Shown one piece after another: positions 36,072-45,204 of a DNA stretch of 64,000 bases (the stretch's first letter is position 1; each line of letters opens with the position of its first letter). The position numbers and the translations under genes are program-made. The notes beneath the pieces were generated by a model, which searched no databases, was not told the DNA's origin, and worked only from the letters and a program-made list of their open reading frames with translations. The DNA is taken from NCBI GenBank assembly GCA_964371835.1, contig CAYJOP010000001.1, forward strand, positions 6,414 to 70,413, written 5' to 3'. This DNA is from an uncultured Desulfovibrionaceae bacterium (lineage in GTDB: Bacteria > Desulfobacterota > Desulfovibrionia > Desulfovibrionales > Desulfovibrionaceae).

Positions 36072-37055
36072 TTAGCCTTTGTCATAGGCAGAAACTATTG
36101 CTCCAACAAGAGGATGACGTACCACGTCCTTTTCGGAAAAATTATGAAAAGCAATACCCTTAACACCACGCAAAACTTGAACGGCATGTATCAATCCAGA
36201 GCGTGACTCAGGGCCATTGTCACCCCATTGAGCTGGTAAATCAATTTGAGTTATATCGCCTGTAATTACGGCTCTTGAGCCAAAACCAAGGCGAGTTAAA
36301 AACATTTTCATTTGCTCAGGAGTTGTATTTTGAGCTTCATCTAAAATTATAAAGGCATCACTTAATGTCCGCCCACGCATAAAGGCTAAGGGTGCTATTT
36401 CAATGACATTTGTTTCGATCATGGAAGCAACTTTTGCTGTTGGTAGCATGTCATAAAGTGAGTCATATAATGGGCGTAAATAAGGGTTTACTTTATCTGC
36501 AAGGTCGCCAGGCAAAAAGCCTAAACGCTCACCTGCCTCCACAGCTGGTCTTGTTAGAACAATTTTTTTTACTCTATGCCTATTTAACATATTTAAGGCC
36601 ATGGCCACAGCAAGATATGTTTTCCCAGTGCCAGCAGGACCAAGTGCAAAAACCATTTCCTCATTAAACAAGGCGTCATAGTATTCTTTTTGGGCTAAAT
36701 TTCTAGCGGTGATGGTTTTTTTGGTGGCAGCTACAAAAACTGTATCTTTGTAAACGTGGCTAATATTTAGACTAGGTTGGCTTTCAAGCATGGTATATGC
36801 ACGCAATATATCTTGACGACTAAGTGAACGCCCTTGCTGCACATGCTCGTATAACTGCACAAAAAGATTGCATAAACGTTGCAAAACATGTTGATCTGAA
36901 GTTTTAACAATAACACTTGCCCCACGCGAAACAATACTAGCTCCACTAACAGAGGCCAAGACTTCAAGATGCGCGTTATGTGGTCCAAACAATGCATTTG
37001 CTAGGTTTGGGTCATCAAATTCAACAGTCTCAAAAAGTTCGACGTTTTCTGACAT
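36072..37055 (-). CDS. phoH: PhoH-like ATPase (YbeZ)
   Basis: Walker A GPAGTGKTYLAVAMAL. ILDEAQN. ITGDITQIDLP. Confidence 0.92.
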   Translation of the reverse strand: MSENVELFETVEFDDPNLANALFGPHNAHLEVLASVSGASIVSRGASVIVKTSDQHVLQRLCNLFVQLYEHVQQGRSLSRQDILRAYTMLESQPSLNISHVYKDTVFVAATKKTITARNLAQKEYYDALFNEEMVFALGPAGTGKTYLAVAMALNMLNRHRVKKIVLTRPAVEAGERLGFLPGDLADKVNPYLRPLYDSLYDMLPTAKVASMIETNVIEIAPLAFMRGRTLSDAFIILDEAQNTTPEQMKMFLTRLGFGSRAVITGDITQIDLPAQWGDNGPESRSGLIHAVQVLRGVKGIAFHNFSEKDVVRHPLVGAIVSAYDKG

Positions 37056-37143
37056 GTTTTATATTTATCCCAATTTATTGTATCTGTCCATTGCTTTTAA
37101 ATGCTTTAAAATTACCTTGTGTTGTTCATTATTAGTCATGATG

Positions 37144-37159
37144 TGGTGCATTTTTTGCA
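37144..37159 (+). promoter_or_regulatory. Candidate sigma-54 (RpoN) promoter
   Basis: TGGTGC-ATTTT-TTGCA against the consensus TGGCAC-N5-TTGCW. The GG and GC dinucleotides have the correct 11-nt register. About 55 nt upstream of the ATG at 37215. Confidence 0.4.
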
Positions 37160-37214
37160 AGAAAAAAATCAATTATTTAAACTGGAAAAATTTACCATAT
37201 TTTACGAGGTTATT

Positions 37215-38429
37215 ATGAGTATTTCAAGTGTAGGCAATTCTTATTCAGCATATACTTTTCAGTGGCAAAATCAGTCATTACAAGGATCTAGTACCAACCC
37301 TGCCGCAAGCACAAGCACAAGTACAAGCTCCAATTTCAGCTATCAGGGTGCAAGCACAGTATCTTCCATGATTGAGCTTATTCAATATTCCATGGAGGCC
37401 ATGGGGGTTTCTGAAAATGAAAGAGTGACATTTAGTCAAGTAGATGCTTATAAAGAAGAATTGTCAAAAGAATTTAGCAAAGAATTAAGTGCACGCATTA
37501 CTGCAACTGGCGTTAATACTGATGCATTTTTCTCCGTGACCCTTGATACAGAGGGTAAGATACTCATAAATTCCGCCCATGAGGACAAAGCTAAAATTCA
37601 AAGTCATTTTAGTTCAAACCCAAATTTTGGCACTGATTTATTAAAAAGTATTGAGCAAGCTGGCTATGATGTTAGCGAACCCATACAATTTAATGTTGAT
37701 GGCACAGGTGCTGTATCCTTGGTTTCATCATCTCAAAGTGCTTTGCAATCGGCATTTGAAGGGAATAACGTTTTAGGTGCTGGTTTAATTGAAAGTTTAG
37801 AATTGGAAGAACTGCTTTTTGAAGAAGACCTTGAACTCAATTATAATAATGGTGCATTAACTGTAAATGCAGAAAGTGAAAATGCCTCTGAATTACAAGC
37901 ATATATTGATGCAAATCCCAATTTAGCAGCTGAAGTTAAAGCAATACTTGAGGGTGCTGGCAAGGCAGATTTAGAAAATCTAAATATAAATATTGATAAC
38001 AAGGGCAATATTAGTATTAACGCGCCCTTAGAAAATAATGATGAAAGTTTAGAAAGCTTTTTAATTCAAAACCTTGTGGGTCAGGACATGAAAACATCCT
38101 TAAAAAGTCATGGTATTGATCCCAATGTTGATTTTCGCCTCTCCATTGAAAATGGTAAGGTAATTGTAAATAGCTCACATCCTGACGCTGCCTTAGTGCA
38201 AGCCCTCATTGACAGTGATGAAGAACTGTCCAAAACATATATGCAAATTGACGCTTTAGCAGGCATTGACGCTGCAAGACAAGCCATGCAAGTTGACCCC
38301 TCTGCCCTACGCACACAAATTGAAATGCAAAGCATGTCCACTTGGTGGGCACAAAGTGGTACATCATCGTTTTCAAGCTATGCTGACAGTAGCCTAAGTT
38401 CCATGACTGGCATTAGCAGTATTGTTTAG
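37215..38429 (+). CDS. Hypothetical protein with five ~50-residue tandem repeats and Ser/Thr-rich termini
   Basis: Start set at ATG 37215 (MSISSVGNS), which has GAGG 8 nt upstream; the track ORF start at 37119 would run through the promoter-like site. No Cys and no signal peptide. The repeats are listed in the findings. Confidence 0.7.
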   Translation: MSISSVGNSYSAYTFQWQNQSLQGSSTNPAASTSTSTSSNFSYQGASTVSSMIELIQYSMEAMGVSENERVTFSQVDAYKEELSKEFSKELSARITATGVNTDAFFSVTLDTEGKILINSAHEDKAKIQSHFSSNPNFGTDLLKSIEQAGYDVSEPIQFNVDGTGAVSLVSSSQSALQSAFEGNNVLGAGLIESLELEELLFEEDLELNYNNGALTVNAESENASELQAYIDANPNLAAEVKAILEGAGKADLENLNINIDNKGNISINAPLENNDESLESFLIQNLVGQDMKTSLKSHGIDPNVDFRLSIENGKVIVNSSHPDAALVQALIDSDEELSKTYMQIDALAGIDAARQAMQVDPSALRTQIEMQSMSTWWAQSGTSSFSSYADSSLSSMTGISSIV

Positions 38430-38469
38430 ATAAATTAAAAAGGGAGCTTACGCTGCCATCAGACTGATG

Positions 38470-38693
38470 ACAAAGTCACTGGTGGAAAACCTTTTGTGGA
38501 CAAAAGGTTCTTCCCCCAGACCCCCTTTCCAAAAAACTTTAATAGCGATAGCATGTTATCGTTGAAACATAGCTTTTGCCGCAACATAGGCATTTTATTT
38601 TTAGCCGCCACATTTTGATTTAAAAGCCTCAAAAATTAAAAAATGACTCCAACTCGTGCTTAAATTTTTGATTTTTAAAACATGGGGTTTGTT
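38470..38693 (+). repeat. Repeat family 2, copy D (one good end, the rest degraded)
   Basis: AAAGTCACTGGTGGAAAACCTTTTGTGGACAAAAGGTTCTTCCCCCAGACCCCCTTTCCAAAAAACTTTAATAGC aligns closely with the reverse complement of 23563-23648. Similarity decays further on. Confidence 0.65.
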
Positions 38694-38721
38694 AATACTC
38701 TAAAGGGTTTTATTCCTCTTA

Positions 38722-40152
38722 CTATAATTTTTTAGCTAGCAATTCATTGACCAGCGCAGGATTTGCCTTGCCCTTGGTGGCTCGCATTACCTGTCCCACA
38801 AAGAAGGATAAAAGCTTGGTTTTACCACCTCTATAAGCCTCAACTTCTGAGGGGTTAGCGGCAATTATTTCATCAATGGCAGACTCAAGCTCTGAGCTAT
38901 CAGAAATTTGCACAAGGCCCTTTTCTTTAACCCAAGCCTCAGGCATGGCGCCACTTTCAAACAATTCTGCAAAGCTATCATTAGCAATTTTAGCACTAAT
39001 TAGTCCTTCATCAATAATACGAGCAAGCTCGCCAAGAGCCTTTGGCTGCATGGCAACGTCTTTTAGCTGCTTTTCAGTATTATTTAACTCCCTTAAAAGT
39101 GGGCCAAGAATTAGATTTGCAACTTTATTTGGCTTACATTTGGGTGCAAATTCAAGAGCTTGCTCAAAAAAGTCAGCCAAGGCTTTTTCACTGCAAAGTG
39201 TTTCTGCATCAGCTTGCAAGAGGTCATAATCCTCACAAAAACGAGCCATACGAGCCTTTGGTAGCTCTGGCAAAGCATCACGCCAGCCATTTAAATCCGC
39301 CTCATCAATTAAAATAGGTAGAAGGTCTGGGTCTGGAAAGTAACGATAATCGTGGGCTTCTTCCTTGCTACGCATGGATTTTGTAATATTTTTAGCACTA
39401 TCGTACAGACGTGTTTCTTGGATAATTTCTTCACCATCTTCAAGCATGTCTTGCTGGCGGCCAATTTCATATTCAATGGCTTTTTGTACATGGCGGAAAG
39501 AATTAAGATTTTTGAGCTCAGTGCGTGTGCCAAAGGGTGTGCCTGGTTTATGTAAGCTCACATTAGCATCACATCTAAAAGATCCTTCTTCCATGTTACC
39601 ATCACTAATGCCAAGTGTTGTCACAATGGCGTGCAGGGCCTTTAAGTAGGCCACAGCTTCTTTGGCATTGCGCATATCAGGTTCGGACACAATTTCAACC
39701 AAGGGTGTGCCAGCACGATTTAGATCCACAAAACTAGCATTTTCGTGGCTATCATGTATGTTTTTACCTGCATCATTTTCAAGATGAATGCGTGTTATGC
39801 CAATGGTTTTTTTGCCATCATCGGTGCTAATTTCAAGTTTGCCATGCTCACAAATGGGTTTATCAAATTGTGAAATCTGATAACCCATGGGTAAATCGGG
39901 ATAAAAATAATTTTTACGCGCAAAAATAGACGATAAGCGCACCTCACAATCGGTGGCAAGGCCTGCTTTTGCTGCATATTCCACAGCCTTTTTATTTAGT
40001 ACTGGTAGTGAGCCTGGCATACCAGAACACACTTCGCACACATTAGTATTGGGGCTTTTCCCAAAACTTGTGGAACATGAACAAAAAAGCTTTGATGCAG
40101 TGGCTAGTTGCACATGTACTTCAAGACCTATGACGGTTTCATACTGACCCAT
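38722..40152 (-). CDS. gatB: Asp-tRNA(Asn)/Glu-tRNA(Gln) amidotransferase subunit B
   Basis: [28 protein letters not shown], and a C-terminal GatB_Yqey region. Start set at ATG 40152, which has GGAGAG upstream; the track ORF starts at a TTG at 40164. Confidence 0.93.
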   Translation of the reverse strand: MGQYETVIGLEVHVQLATASKLFCSCSTSFGKSPNTNVCEVCSGMPGSLPVLNKKAVEYAAKAGLATDCEVRLSSIFARKNYFYPDLPMGYQISQFDKPICEHGKLEISTDDGKKTIGITRIHLENDAGKNIHDSHENASFVDLNRAGTPLVEIVSEPDMRNAKEAVAYLKALHAIVTTLGISDGNMEEGSFRCDANVSLHKPGTPFGTRTELKNLNSFRHVQKAIEYEIGRQQDMLEDGEEIIQETRLYDSAKNITKSMRSKEEAHDYRYFPDPDLLPILIDEADLNGWRDALPELPKARMARFCEDYDLLQADAETLCSEKALADFFEQALEFAPKCKPNKVANLILGPLLRELNNTEKQLKDVAMQPKALGELARIIDEGLISAKIANDSFAELFESGAMPEAWVKEKGLVQISDSSELESAIDEIIAANPSEVEAYRGGKTKLLSFFVGQVMRATKGKANPALVNELLAKKL

Positions 40153-40171
40153 TAAACTCTCCAATAATATA

Positions 40172-41914
40172 CTAATTTGTTATGCGTTCATCAAAGAACT
40201 TTCCAACGCCATAATTATCACGGCGGAAGAATTTTTCCTTATCAGGACCAATTATTTGCATTTCAGGGTGTAACTTTTGAACTTCAATGGCAATGTGCAT
40301 TTCCTTGGTGCAACCTGTGGAGAATGTTGCATCTTTTCCAGCCCAAGCTGGTAGCACTTTTCGTCCAAGTAAGTCAAAGCTGAATTCTATATCCTGAACA
40401 GTTTGAAAACGCCAGATATTTATATAGCCGCTACGTTGAACCTTTTCCCACATATACATGAGGTCATCGCCGTCCATACCTTGCGGTGATTGTTCAGCAG
40501 GATTAATAAAAAACGTGTCATCATGTTTTTGACGCAAATAATCCACATGTGCTTTCACAAGACTTATGGCTGTACCCTCTTGTCCGGGTATGCTGCCAAT
40601 AATACAACTATAAAATACAATGGTTTTCTTTGCCCTATGAGCCTCACGCATTTGCTCTATAATGGCATCTGCACGTTTGCTAATGAAGGCCTCGCTAACT
40701 TTACGCATATTTGCAGGGCGAGCCTTAGCCATAACTTCAAAATTACCTTGTTTATCTTCCCAATAACAAAAAATATCCCTTGTAAATAACTGACTATTAT
40801 TTGTTAAAAGTGCAGCATTGCGTGAACCTTTGGCAAGAATAATATCTGCCTCCTTCCAAGCACGCGCAAAACTTACATTAACACGATAAAGGTTCAAACG
40901 CTCTCTTGTGCCATCATGTATAATGGCCATGCGTGAAGTGCGCATGATACTCAAAAGTTCGTTCTTGCTTATGTTTTCATTATAAACAACGGCAACACCT
41001 TCAAGTAAACCTTTAAGTGTTGGATCATCAACCACATCATTAATAGTGGGGCAATAAAAGTAAAAACCTGATTTTACAGAAATAATTATCCTGTGTCCCA
41101 TGTGTAAAAGGCGCTTTAGCAGCAATAAGTCAAAAACAAATCCACCAGTGGTATCTGGTAAAAATAAAATGGTTTTTGGCTCATCTTCACCCTGCCCAAG
41201 CAAGGTAAAAAATGAATCAAGCTTACCGTCGACCTTATTAAACCTTTCCTTTAATTCAAGCGGTGAAGGCGGATTTTCATTCATGCTAAAAGACTTGGCA
41301 GAAAGATACATAAGCCGTGTGACTTCAAGCATATTTAACGTGTTTCTAGCCTGCTTTATATCACCTACTGGCGCTGTTGCTGGCTCAGCATACAAGGCAC
41401 GTTGTAAGTCCTTAGAATTCATATATTCATAATGGTTTTTATTGGCTTGCCTGCGTAAACTTTGCCAAGGGTCATCAACACCAGTTTGAGCTGCCACAAG
41501 GCTAGTCATGCGCTTCATGGCCCTTGAAGGTGTAACAGTATGATTTTTAACAATTTGTCTAAATCTATATCGGCAAAATTCAATACTTTTTCTTCTTTCT
41601 AATTTATTTGGCTCAAAGCTGCGCACAGTACGCATAACAGATCTCCAAGCACGACAATACTCTGCAAGCAATTGCTTGGGGCACTCTGGTTGCATTAATT
41701 GCTTAAAAGTTTCATCAGGGCAAGGTATGTAAACTTGATTTTCTTTGAGAGCAACCATAAAGGCCACTTGCTCACTGCTGGCAATAATCTGCGGATTAAT
41801 GTGATAGGCGATGTTATTATCAATCATAAAATTATAGAGCCATGCATCAAAATACATATCTTTGCCTAGTATTACGTTGTTATTACAAGATATTTCTGGT
41901 AAAGGCTTTCTCAT
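40172..41914 (-). CDS. Hypothetical protein with a central DUF89 (ARMT1-like)-like region and long N- and C-terminal extensions
   Basis: [49 protein letters not shown] and [15 protein letters not shown] resemble the DUF89 core (DNxGE..D...vK..P..NDvT, then KGqgNy) as I remember it. GGAGG lies 5 nt upstream of ATG 41914, overlapping the nadK stop. Confidence 0.5.
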   Translation of the reverse strand: MRKPLPEISCNNNVILGKDMYFDAWLYNFMIDNNIAYHINPQIIASSEQVAFMVALKENQVYIPCPDETFKQLMQPECPKQLLAEYCRAWRSVMRTVRSFEPNKLERRKSIEFCRYRFRQIVKNHTVTPSRAMKRMTSLVAAQTGVDDPWQSLRRQANKNHYEYMNSKDLQRALYAEPATAPVGDIKQARNTLNMLEVTRLMYLSAKSFSMNENPPSPLELKERFNKVDGKLDSFFTLLGQGEDEPKTILFLPDTTGGFVFDLLLLKRLLHMGHRIIISVKSGFYFYCPTINDVVDDPTLKGLLEGVAVVYNENISKNELLSIMRTSRMAIIHDGTRERLNLYRVNVSFARAWKEADIILAKGSRNAALLTNNSQLFTRDIFCYWEDKQGNFEVMAKARPANMRKVSEAFISKRADAIIEQMREAHRAKKTIVFYSCIIGSIPGQEGTAISLVKAHVDYLRQKHDDTFFINPAEQSPQGMDGDDLMYMWEKVQRSGYINIWRFQTVQDIEFSFDLLGRKVLPAWAGKDATFSTGCTKEMHIAIEVQKLHPEMQIIGPDKEKFFRRDNYGVGKFFDERITN

Positions 41915-41923
41915 ATGCACCTC

Positions 41924-42805
41924 CTAGTGAATAAAACCACGCTTGCGAAGCGGAGTAAAATAAACATCTTTATCAATACGCGCAAAATAAACGGCGTTGG
42001 GGACACAAAAAACCTCAACAACGTCCTGCGCTTCCAAAGTATAATTTTCTTGTCCATCAATGGTTGCAAAGGTTTCTGTTGAGCACTGTTGTAAGGCAAT
42101 TCTAACTGGCATGGATGTTGGCAAAACCATGGCAGGAAAATTACATAAATACGGACAAATAGCCGTAACTAATAATACATTATTAGCAGGGTGAACCAAG
42201 GGCCCACCAGCAGACACAGCATAACCAGTTGTTCCCACAGGTGATGATAGAATAATTCCATCAGCTCGCACAGAACTAATGTTTTCGGTATCAACACTCA
42301 CATCAAATGAAATAACTCTAGATAAAGCACCACGGCTTATGACCACGTCATTTATGGCATGGCCGCTATGTAACACCTGATTTGAGCGAATAATCTTCCA
42401 CCCAAGGGCCATGCGTGGCACAATGGTGCATTTTCCTTCAATTATAGCTTTAACACCATCTTTCCAATCGTGCGCTTCAAGCTCAGATAAAAAACCCACT
42501 CGCCCAAGATTAATGGCAGCAAGTGGTATGGGGGCTTTTACAAAGGAGCGCGCAACCCCAAGCATAGTTCCATCTCCACCAAGCACAAAGGCTAAATCAA
42601 TATCATGCTCTTGATAAGTATAAATGGTTGAAACATCATTACAAATACTCACTTCACAGCTAAGCTCTTGCAAATATTTTTCAATTTCCACAGACAGATT
42701 AATGGCCTGAGGATGCTTAGGCTTTGTGATAAGTAAAACATGCTTGGGTTTATTTGTAATTTCCATGTATATAACATACCGTAACAATAGATTAACTACA
42801 AGCAA
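41924..42805 (-). CDS. nadK: NAD kinase
   Basis: FVLGGDGTMLGVAR. NDVVISRG. Typical length if the start is the internal MEITNK (about 42766); the start is uncertain. Confidence 0.9.
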   Translation of the reverse strand: MLVVNLLLRYVIYMEITNKPKHVLLITKPKHPQAINLSVEIEKYLQELSCEVSICNDVSTIYTYQEHDIDLAFVLGGDGTMLGVARSFVKAPIPLAAINLGRVGFLSELEAHDWKDGVKAIIEGKCTIVPRMALGWKIIRSNQVLHSGHAINDVVISRGALSRVISFDVSVDTENISSVRADGIILSSPVGTTGYAVSAGGPLVHPANNVLLVTAICPYLCNFPAMVLPTSMPVRIALQQCSTETFATIDGQENYTLEAQDVVEVFCVPNAVYFARIDKDVYFTPLRKRGFIH

Positions 42806-43041
42806 TTTTTATGATGTAAAAGGTATTGCCTCTAACACATAAAATTATTCAATCATAGTGCATTATTATGTTAATTGTTATATTCCTATCACTAAAGTAA
42901 ACTTGTTTAATTTTGATATTTCAAAAAATTCAACACATTAGCACAAAGCATAACAACATCTTGTCAGTGTGCGTAGTTTAGTGTATATTAATGTGTGCTT
43001 TACATATTTTATGTTTTAAAAATTAACTCAGTAGTATTAAT

Positions 43042-43659
43042 ATGAAAAAAACTATAAATAATATAGATATAGCCACTAAAATCATTGCAGAGCACGCCCA
43101 AGAAGGTCTAAATTTGCGTAAGGATTTTTTTGCAAAAAATGATGAAATCATCATCCTTGCAGCTAAAAAAATGGCCTTGGCCATTGCACAAGGCAATAAA
43201 ATTTTACTTTGCGGAAATGGTGGCAGTGCAGGTGATGCTCAACACATTGCAGGTGAGCTTGTAAATCGTTTTTTACTAGACAGACCGCCACTTCCTGCCA
43301 TTGCACTAACCACTGACACCTCAGTGCTTACTGCCATTGGTAATGATTTTGGATATAATCAGGTTTTTTCAAAACAAGTTAGAGCCTTAGGGCAAAGTGG
43401 TGATGTGCTACTTGGCATTTCAACCTCAGGCAATAGCACAAATGTTGTGGCTGCATTTAACGAAGCCAAGAGCATGGAAATTACCACCATAGGATTAATA
43501 GGAAATGGCGGACAAATGGCTGAGCTTAGCGATATTTTACTAGCTGTTCCGCATGGTTTAACTCCGCTCATTCAAGAAATTCACATTACAGTAGGTCATT
43601 TATTATGCCGACTCATTGATTATTATTTATTTGAAAACGTACAAGAACTTGGCCTATAA
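43042..43659 (+). CDS. gmhA: SIS-domain phosphoheptose isomerase (GmhA/DiaA family)
   Basis: ILLCGNGGSAGDAQHIAGELVNRF, TAIGNDFGY, GISTSGNS. Confidence 0.85.
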   Translation: MKKTINNIDIATKIIAEHAQEGLNLRKDFFAKNDEIIILAAKKMALAIAQGNKILLCGNGGSAGDAQHIAGELVNRFLLDRPPLPAIALTTDTSVLTAIGNDFGYNQVFSKQVRALGQSGDVLLGISTSGNSTNVVAAFNEAKSMEITTIGLIGNGGQMAELSDILLAVPHGLTPLIQEIHITVGHLLCRLIDYYLFENVQELGL

Positions 43660-43682
43660 AATGCTTAGTAGTTGGAGTTGTT

Positions 43683-43919
43683 ATGCCAATTTATGAATAC
43701 TTCTGTGATAAATGCCAACATGAATTTGAAGAATTAGTTTTTGGTGATGAAATGCCACCTTGCCCCAAGTGCGGAGCTAATAAATCACAAAAGCTTATGT
43801 CACGCCCTTGTTACCATAGTGGTGATGGCGGTGCATATGAAGGTAGTAGTGCCATGCCTAGCGGTGGCGGCAAGAGTAAGTGTGCTGGGTGTTCGGGCGG
43901 TAATTGCTCCACCTGTTAA
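43683..43919 (+). CDS. FmdB-family zinc-ribbon protein (CxxC_CxxC_SSSS)
   Basis: MPIYEYFCDKCQHEFEELVFGDEMPPCPKCGA, followed by a Gly/Ser/Cys-rich tail. Confidence 0.85.
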   Translation: MPIYEYFCDKCQHEFEELVFGDEMPPCPKCGANKSQKLMSRPCYHSGDGGAYEGSSAMPSGGGKSKCAGCSGGNCSTC

Positions 43920-43924
43920 AGTGG

Positions 43925-44046
43925 TGTGTTGAAAAAACACCATCTGCTTCGTCAGGCTCGTTTTTTACTACGGTCATTTATGTCAAATAAACTCCGCTCC
44001 GTAAAAAACTTCGCCTTCCTTGCATCTGGCATTTTTTGAACACACT
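43925..44046. repeat. ~120-nt imperfect palindrome (two inverted family-3-like modules)
   Basis: Outer arms are GTGTGTTGAAAAAACACCATCTGC (left) and GCATCTGGCATTTTTTGAACACAC (right), complementary at 18 of 24 positions. Inner arms are CGTTTTTTACTACGG and CCGTAAAAAAC. The left arm shares AACGAGCCT, CCGTA and GCAGA..TGGTG with the reverse complement of 9628-9707. Confidence 0.5.
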
Positions 44047-44102
44047 ACAGGAATTATTTAAAAACAAAATGTGAAATCTTTTAAACGCATTGCTAGGAAT
44101 CA

Positions 44103-44189
44103 AATCCGCCGCATGCACAGCTAAAGCCGACGGCGTTCGCCAGCTGTAGCGGGCCGTAGAGTGAATAAGGCGGATTAGTGGAATTCACT
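44103..44189 (+). promoter_or_regulatory. GC-rich structured segment in the hemC upstream region (candidate leader RNA)
   Basis: Helices AATCCGCC (44103-44110) / GGCGGATT (44169-44176) and ACAGCT (44117-44122) / AGCTGT (44142-44147). A competing hairpin AGTGAAT (44160-44166) / ATTCACT (44183-44189) has a loop that contains GGCGGATT. Confidence 0.3.
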
Positions 44190-44267
44190 TCCAACGTAGA
44201 CGACACTAGCGAGAGCTTGTGTACACAGTACGTGCTACCAAGCGTTATAAAAATAAAGGAAAGTATT

Positions 44268-45191
44268 TTGAAAAAGTTAACAATAGCCACCCGTGGCAGT
44301 CAGTTGGCTCTTTGGCAAGCAGAGCATGTTAAAGCATTACTTGAAAAAGAGCATAGTGGTTTAAGTGTGGATCTTTTGCGTATTAAAACCAAGGGTGACA
44401 TAATATTGGACGTGCCTTTGGCAAAAGTTGGCGGTAAGGGTCTTTTTGTTAAAGAAATTGAAGATGCCCTACTGCAAGGTAAGGCAGACCTTGCTGTACA
44501 TAGTATGAAGGATGTACCCATGGTACTACCAGAGGGGCTAATTTTATGCTGTATTCCTGAGCGTGAAGTGACGCAAGACGTTTTACTTTCAGTAAATTTT
44601 GCAAACCTTGATGCATTACCTCAAGGTGCGCATGTGGGCACAAGCTCCTTGCGTCGTCAATCTCAGCTCTTAGCCCTAAGACCAGATTTACGCATATCTC
44701 CTTTGCGTGGCAATGTGGACACACGTTTGCGCAAGCTAACAGATGGCGAATATGACGCCATTGTTCTTGCCGCAGCTGGTGTAAAAAGGCTTGGCCTTTC
44801 CGCACCTTATATGCACAATCTTGAAGCAGACATCTTCTTACCAGCCGTTGGTCAAGGAGCACTTGGTATTGAATGTTTAAGCACAAGACAAGATGTTATT
44901 GACGCCCTAGCCTTTATGGAACACAGGCCCACAAGGGTTTGTGTTGAAGCTGAGCGTGCCTTTTTAGCCAAGTTGGAAGGCGGTTGCCAAGTGCCAATCG
45001 CAGGTTATGCCACATTGCAAGCAGATGATAACATTAACTTAACTGGTCTTGTGGCCCATGTTGATGGTACAAATATATTGAAAAAGCAAATTTCTGCCCC
45101 TGCCAGCGCTGCCAAAGACTTGGGAATAGACCTTGCTACATCCTTATTGGACATGGGTGCGGCTAAAATTTTAGAAGAATTATATTCTTAA
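44268..45191 (+). CDS. hemC: Hydroxymethylbilane synthase (porphobilinogen deaminase)
   Basis: [37 protein letters not shown]. Start set at TTG 44268, which has AAGGAAAG upstream and gives 307 aa. The track ORF start at 44178 adds 30 unconserved-looking residues across the structured region. Confidence 0.9.
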   Translation: MKKLTIATRGSQLALWQAEHVKALLEKEHSGLSVDLLRIKTKGDIILDVPLAKVGGKGLFVKEIEDALLQGKADLAVHSMKDVPMVLPEGLILCCIPEREVTQDVLLSVNFANLDALPQGAHVGTSSLRRQSQLLALRPDLRISPLRGNVDTRLRKLTDGEYDAIVLAAAGVKRLGLSAPYMHNLEADIFLPAVGQGALGIECLSTRQDVIDALAFMEHRPTRVCVEAERAFLAKLEGGCQVPIAGYATLQADDNINLTGLVAHVDGTNILKKQISAPASAAKDLGIDLATSLLDMGAAKILEELYS

Positions 45192-45204
45192 ATACTGAGA
45201 GCAT

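Noticed and set aside
44093-44290. 65-aa minus ORF, and the 30-codon N-terminal extension of the hemC track ORF (44178-44267)
   Set aside because: Both cross the GC-rich structured spacer. HemC homology begins at the TTG at 44268, which has its own ribosome-binding site.
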